From contig JAHQWW010000007.1 in NCBI GenBank assembly GCA_029856365.1, positions 10,863-74,862 of the forward strand: a DNA stretch of 64,000 nucleotides. Reading direction: 5' to 3'. Below the pieces are notes generated by a model, which worked only from the letters and a program-made list of their open reading frames with translations, had not been told where the DNA came from and ran no database searches. Of this stretch, positions 60,638 through 64,000 are shown in pieces. The stretch is from Candidatus Hodarchaeota archaeon (GTDB lineage Archaea > Asgardarchaeota > Heimdallarchaeia > Hodarchaeales > Hodarchaeaceae). Made by a program: the position numbers and the translations under genes. How positions within the stretch are numbered: the stretch's first letter is position 1; every line of letters starts with the position of its first letter.

Positions 60638-61411
60638 TTAGATTAAGGGGGTTAATTCGATATGACCAGGGGAAGGCCGAAACACAAACTCAGTATTTTC
60701 GAGTTCTGTTAATGACATACCTGGAACCTTTCGGATCTGCAGCACTTCCTCAGGGATTGCTTCCTTCTCCTTTTGTGCCTTTTTTTCCAATTTAATTACT
60801 CCATCACAATAATGTTCGATCGCTTGTATGATTCTTGTCTCATGAACATCACGATGTAGGGTTAGAATACTGACAACACCCATTTCTTTATCAGTTGCTA
60901 TTTTGTGCTGTAAAAAAGCCATGGGTGCTTTCAATGAATCAGAAACCAATAAAATAGTAGTTAACGAATCAAGAACACCTCGAATCGGTTGAGAACGAAC
61001 GTGTAATAATGAACGTCGGATTTGATCAGTCACGAGACGAGGTTGAGTAATATCTCGGATTACATTCTCTCCTGTCGTACCAGGTCTTCCTTCGGTATAA
61101 CCAAAAGGATTAGTGAAAGCATCCAAAAAAACTAACCGTTTTGTTTCAAAAGTGACCTCTGATATATTATAAGGTACAAATAAAGGAGAATAATGGGAAA
61201 ATAAGTGTTCTGTGGATAGAATATAGCCATATTCACCAGTTCTTAAGCCTTCGGAGAGAAATTGAACTAAAATATGCTCCGTATTGATACCGACTTCGTC
61301 TTCTACAAGGATGATTGATCCTCGAGGAACTCCTCCACCCAAGGCATCATCCAGTAGGGGAATACCAAATTTTGCGCGATCTTCCATTACCATCATAAAG
61401 TCTCCGTACAA
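60638..61411 (-). CDS. KaiC/RAD55-like RecA-superfamily protein with degenerate Walker A
   Basis: FGIPLLDDALGGGVPRGS, Walker A position EDEVGINTE, VLDSLT and DGVIKL. Confidence 0.8.
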   Translation of the reverse strand: MYGDFMMVMEDRAKFGIPLLDDALGGGVPRGSIILVEDEVGINTEHILVQFLSEGLRTGEYGYILSTEHLFSHYSPLFVPYNISEVTFETKRLVFLDAFTNPFGYTEGRPGTTGENVIRDITQPRLVTDQIRRSLLHVRSQPIRGVLDSLTTILLVSDSLKAPMAFLQHKIATDKEMGVVSILTLHRDVHETRIIQAIEHYCDGVIKLEKKAQKEKEAIPEEVLQIRKVPGMSLTELENTEFVFRPSPGHIELTPLI

Positions 61412-61590
61412 TTATTATTTGCTTTGTTATTATAGGTATAAATCAAGTTTAAACTTGCCTGTTCTTGAGCAATTGTAATATATCAATCTTAAACTTAAAA
61501 GATTGTCTGTTTTCTTCACAAAATCAAGCTCATTAAATTGATTAATTCATTCTAGTCATTGCCAACTGAAAAATATGGGAATTAAATGAT

Positions 61591-62400
61591 ATGAAAATCG
61601 AATTCTTTGGGATTCGTACCCCGCTTATTAATGTATCTGATAAAAATATTACAAATATATTAATAGAAGCATTTAAAGCCAATAAGGTCGAGTTACAGGA
61701 GTATGATATAATTATCATTGCAAGTAAAGTTATATCTGTTATTGAGGGCTGCCAACTTCCCTTAAATAGCATTACTCACGTTCGACAAGAAGCAAAAATT
61801 GCTGCAAATACTGCTGGACTTGATCCACGATTCGTAGAAGTAGTTTTCCAAGAAGCTGATGAAGTCTTAGGTGCTGTACCAGGAGCTGTTCTTGCTTTGC
61901 GAAATAATGTTCTCCAAGCTAATGCTGGTGTTGACCAAAGTAATGCTGGAGGAAATGAATTCGTGATAGTGTTACCAAAAAATCCTATTAGAACTGCAGA
62001 AAGAATACGTAAAGAGATCAATGCATTGACGGCAAAAAAAATTGGAATTATTATTGCTGATTCAAAGACACATCCTTTAAGGAGAGGAACTTCGGGATTT
62101 GCTCTTGCTGTATCGGGATTCAGACCTCTAATCGATGATATTGGGACTCCAGACCTATATGGGCGACCCATGAATATTACTACACGGGCAATCGCAGATA
62201 ACCTAGTAAGTGGTGCAGAGATCTTAATGGGTGAAACAGATCAGAGGGTTCCAGTAGTTCTAGCTCGTGGATGTGAAGAGATCACTTTTGAAGAGACTAG
62301 AGAGATTGAAAAAAATAATGATTTAATGAAAATTTCTCCAAACCACTGTATTTATTTGGGACCTCTTTGGTACAATCGGAAATTTAAAATGAAACAATAA
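61591..62400 (+). CDS. cofE: CofE-family gamma-glutamyl ligase (F420-0:Glu ligase or FolC2-like)
   Basis: IIASKVIS..EG, ANAGVDQSN, IIADS..HPLRRG..G.A, DLYGR.M..T..A.AD and MGE.....P. Confidence 0.88.
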   Translation: MKIEFFGIRTPLINVSDKNITNILIEAFKANKVELQEYDIIIIASKVISVIEGCQLPLNSITHVRQEAKIAANTAGLDPRFVEVVFQEADEVLGAVPGAVLALRNNVLQANAGVDQSNAGGNEFVIVLPKNPIRTAERIRKEINALTAKKIGIIIADSKTHPLRRGTSGFALAVSGFRPLIDDIGTPDLYGRPMNITTRAIADNLVSGAEILMGETDQRVPVVLARGCEEITFEETREIEKNNDLMKISPNHCIYLGPLWYNRKFKMKQ

Positions 62401-62413
62401 TAATGAAGTAAAT

Positions 62414-63277
62414 ATGCATATCAAGGGACAGCTGGGAAATATAGAAATTGGTGATTGCGTCAGAACCCGTCTTATGGCTGTTATGAATCTCTCACCGACT
62501 TCCTTTTTTAAAGGAAGTATTAAACAGTCTGAGGTTGAGATTCAATCTCATTTAGAATTATTGATTGATGAAGGTGCTGATTTCATTGACGTAGGTGCCA
62601 TTTCTAGCGCACCTGCTTTTCTATATAAGCGAAAAGAGAAGGTGTCCAAATCCACCGAAATAGATCGCCTTTCTTATTTCTTTAAGGTCTACAAAGAAAT
62701 AGGATCGAATCTTCCTGTTTCGGTTGATACTCAATCATCAATAACAGCAGACTACGCTCTCTCCCAAGGAGCAACGATTATCAATGACATTTCAGGCTTC
62801 AAATCCGACCCCAAACTTCCACATGTTGTCTCTGAGTACTCTGCTTCAGTAATCATCATGGCCTGTCGTCGAGTTCCTGGGGATGTATTTTTGATGCGAG
62901 AAGTCTGTACTGAACTCAATAACAGTATAGACATTGGTATTAATGCTGGTATTGAAAAATCAAGGATAACTATTGACCCTGGTTTAGGTAGCTGGGTACC
63001 AAAACGACAGATAGAAAACGATTATAAATTAATCCTTAATTTGGCTAAACTCCGTGAATTAAAACAGTGTATTCTTGTAGGAATATCTCGAAAATCCTTT
63101 ATTGGTCAGATTTTAGGTCTTCCTCCTGAAAAAAGATTATGGGGGTCACTAGCAGCGACTACAGTAGCCATACTGAATGGTGCACATATCATTAGAACTC
63201 ATGATATTAGAGCAACCAAAGATGTTTGTCTAATTACTGATTATATTAAAAATTTTCAAAAGAGAGTAAATATCTAG
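62414..63277 (+). CDS. folP: Dihydropteroate synthase
   Basis: MAVMNLSP.SF, EGADFIDVGA.S, SVDT, IINDISG, IDPGLG, GISRKSFIG and IIRTHD. Confidence 0.93.
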   Translation: MHIKGQLGNIEIGDCVRTRLMAVMNLSPTSFFKGSIKQSEVEIQSHLELLIDEGADFIDVGAISSAPAFLYKRKEKVSKSTEIDRLSYFFKVYKEIGSNLPVSVDTQSSITADYALSQGATIINDISGFKSDPKLPHVVSEYSASVIIMACRRVPGDVFLMREVCTELNNSIDIGINAGIEKSRITIDPGLGSWVPKRQIENDYKLILNLAKLRELKQCILVGISRKSFIGQILGLPPEKRLWGSLAATTVAILNGAHIIRTHDIRATKDVCLITDYIKNFQKRVNI

Positions 63278-63527
63278 CTAGAGAATTATTAGATTAGAAA
63301 ATTTAATTTTGATCAGAAGATAAACAGAACTATTTATAACAATGAAATCTGAAAATATCCTTGAATATAGTAAATTATATATCACGATAGATTTCCTCTA
63401 AAAGCTCATTCAGGTGGCTTAAAAAGGACAATCTACAAAAAACTGCTTTCAATATTAATCCAGAGTTATTATATTCGTTTAATAATTTGTAAACAATTTT
63501 CCAGATGATTAGGTGTTCTTGGTGTCT

Positions 63528-64000
63528 ATGAAAAACATAGATGATTTTTTTGGTGATGACGAGTCCCAGAATGTGGAAACATTAATTGAAGTAACAAAAA
63601 AATTCTTCGGATTCGTTTCTCAACTTGCAGAGATTGTCGATAGTCTAGCAAATAGCTTAGATGAATTGTCGAGTAAGGTAGATCAGCTGCTTCAAAACCC
63701 AAGTGTTTCAGCTGCTCCCAAGCTGCCTTCAACACTAGCAGCAAGAAGTACACCCCCTCCAACGCCAGCAACAACAAGTATACCCCCTCCAGCGCCAGCA
63801 ATAAGTTCACCCCCTGCAACACCAGTAGCAAGAAGTACACCACCAGGACTCCCAACACCACCAGCTCCACTTACAGCTTCAGGCCCCCCTTTTACTCCAA
63901 CTCCTCCTCTATCTCCTCCCTCTACACCATCAGGGCTTCCTCCTCTACCGGGTGCAACTCCAATACATCAACCTGGTTTCGGCCAACCACCAGCAGCACA
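63528..64000 (+). CDS. 3'-partial protein: N-terminal coiled coil followed by Pro/Thr/Ala-rich repeats
   Basis: MKNIDDFFGDDESQNVETL...LDELSSKVDQLLQNP...STPPPTPATTSIPPPAPAISSPPATPVARSTPPG... open to the window end. Not in the ORF track because there is no stop. Confidence 0.8.
   Translation, partial: MKNIDDFFGDDESQNVETLIEVTKKFFGFVSQLAEIVDSLANSLDELSSKVDQLLQNPSVSAAPKLPSTLAARSTPPPTPATTSIPPPAPAISSPPATPVARSTPPGLPTPPAPLTASGPPFTPTPPLSPPSTPSGLPPLPGATPIHQPGFGQPPAA
63730..63846 (+). repeat. Imperfect ~30-bp tandem repeat (4 copies) coding for Pro-rich units
   Basis: caacactagcagcaagaagtacaccccctc / caacgccagcaacaacaagtataccccctc / cagcgccagcaataagttcaccccctg / caacaccagtagcaagaagtacaccacc. Confidence 0.85.

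Noticed and set aside
2561-62934. Numerous short antisense or overlapping ORFs in the track (e.g. 2561-2899, 11510-11878, 25976-26290, 43133-43597, 59461-60042, 61776-62171)
   Set aside because: They overlap well-supported genes on the opposite strand or in another frame and have no recognisable motifs.
63730-63846. CRISPR-like array
   Set aside because: The repeats are adjacent and degenerate, have no spacers and lie in frame within a CDS. No cas genes are present.
63526-63870. Minus-strand Leu/Val-rich ORF (114 aa)
   Set aside because: It is the antisense shadow of the Pro-rich repeat gene on the + strand.
1-64000. rRNA, transposases, integrases or provirus
   Set aside because: No long GC-rich structured RNA tract, DDE/tyrosine recombinase motifs or viral hallmark genes were recognised.

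Overview
This is a low-GC archaeal chromosomal segment, almost certainly from an Asgard archaeon. Heimdallarchaeia/Hodarchaeales-like is my best guess, and lineage cannot be fixed without phylogeny. Housekeeping genes include PolD DP2, PolB, GatDE, ThrRS, eL15, eS27, eS8, aIF2alpha/beta, Nop10, Gar1, Nmd3, GINS, RNase P proteins and A/V-ATPase B, interleaved with many eukaryotic-signature genes. The standout locus is 27.1-37.2 kb: two Arf-family GTPases, a CCDC47/DUF1682-like membrane protein, a JAMM deubiquitinase, an E2, a Zn-finger + BRE/UEV-like protein, a ubiquitin-like modifier ending in GG, a Uba3/Uba2-type E1, a UFL1/PCI-like winged-helix protein with two RING-like Zn fingers (candidate E3), an SPFH protein and a coiled-coil Vps22/Vps36 (ESCRT-II-like) protein. 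Together these suggest a membrane- or translocon-associated Ubl conjugation system. Other notable items: a PolD DP2 with a catalytic Asp->Asn change (NCNGDID); gatD broken by an in-frame TAA; a tRNA-Thr(GGU) with two introns (37/38 and 59/60); an MglA/roadblock/roadblock/TPR module next to a prepilin peptidase; a degenerate LAGLIDADG-coiled-coil-HTH protein; a cofE-folP pair; and a proline-rich repeat protein running off the end. No CRISPR array, rRNA or transposase was seen. All family calls come from motif recognition by eye, not database searches.
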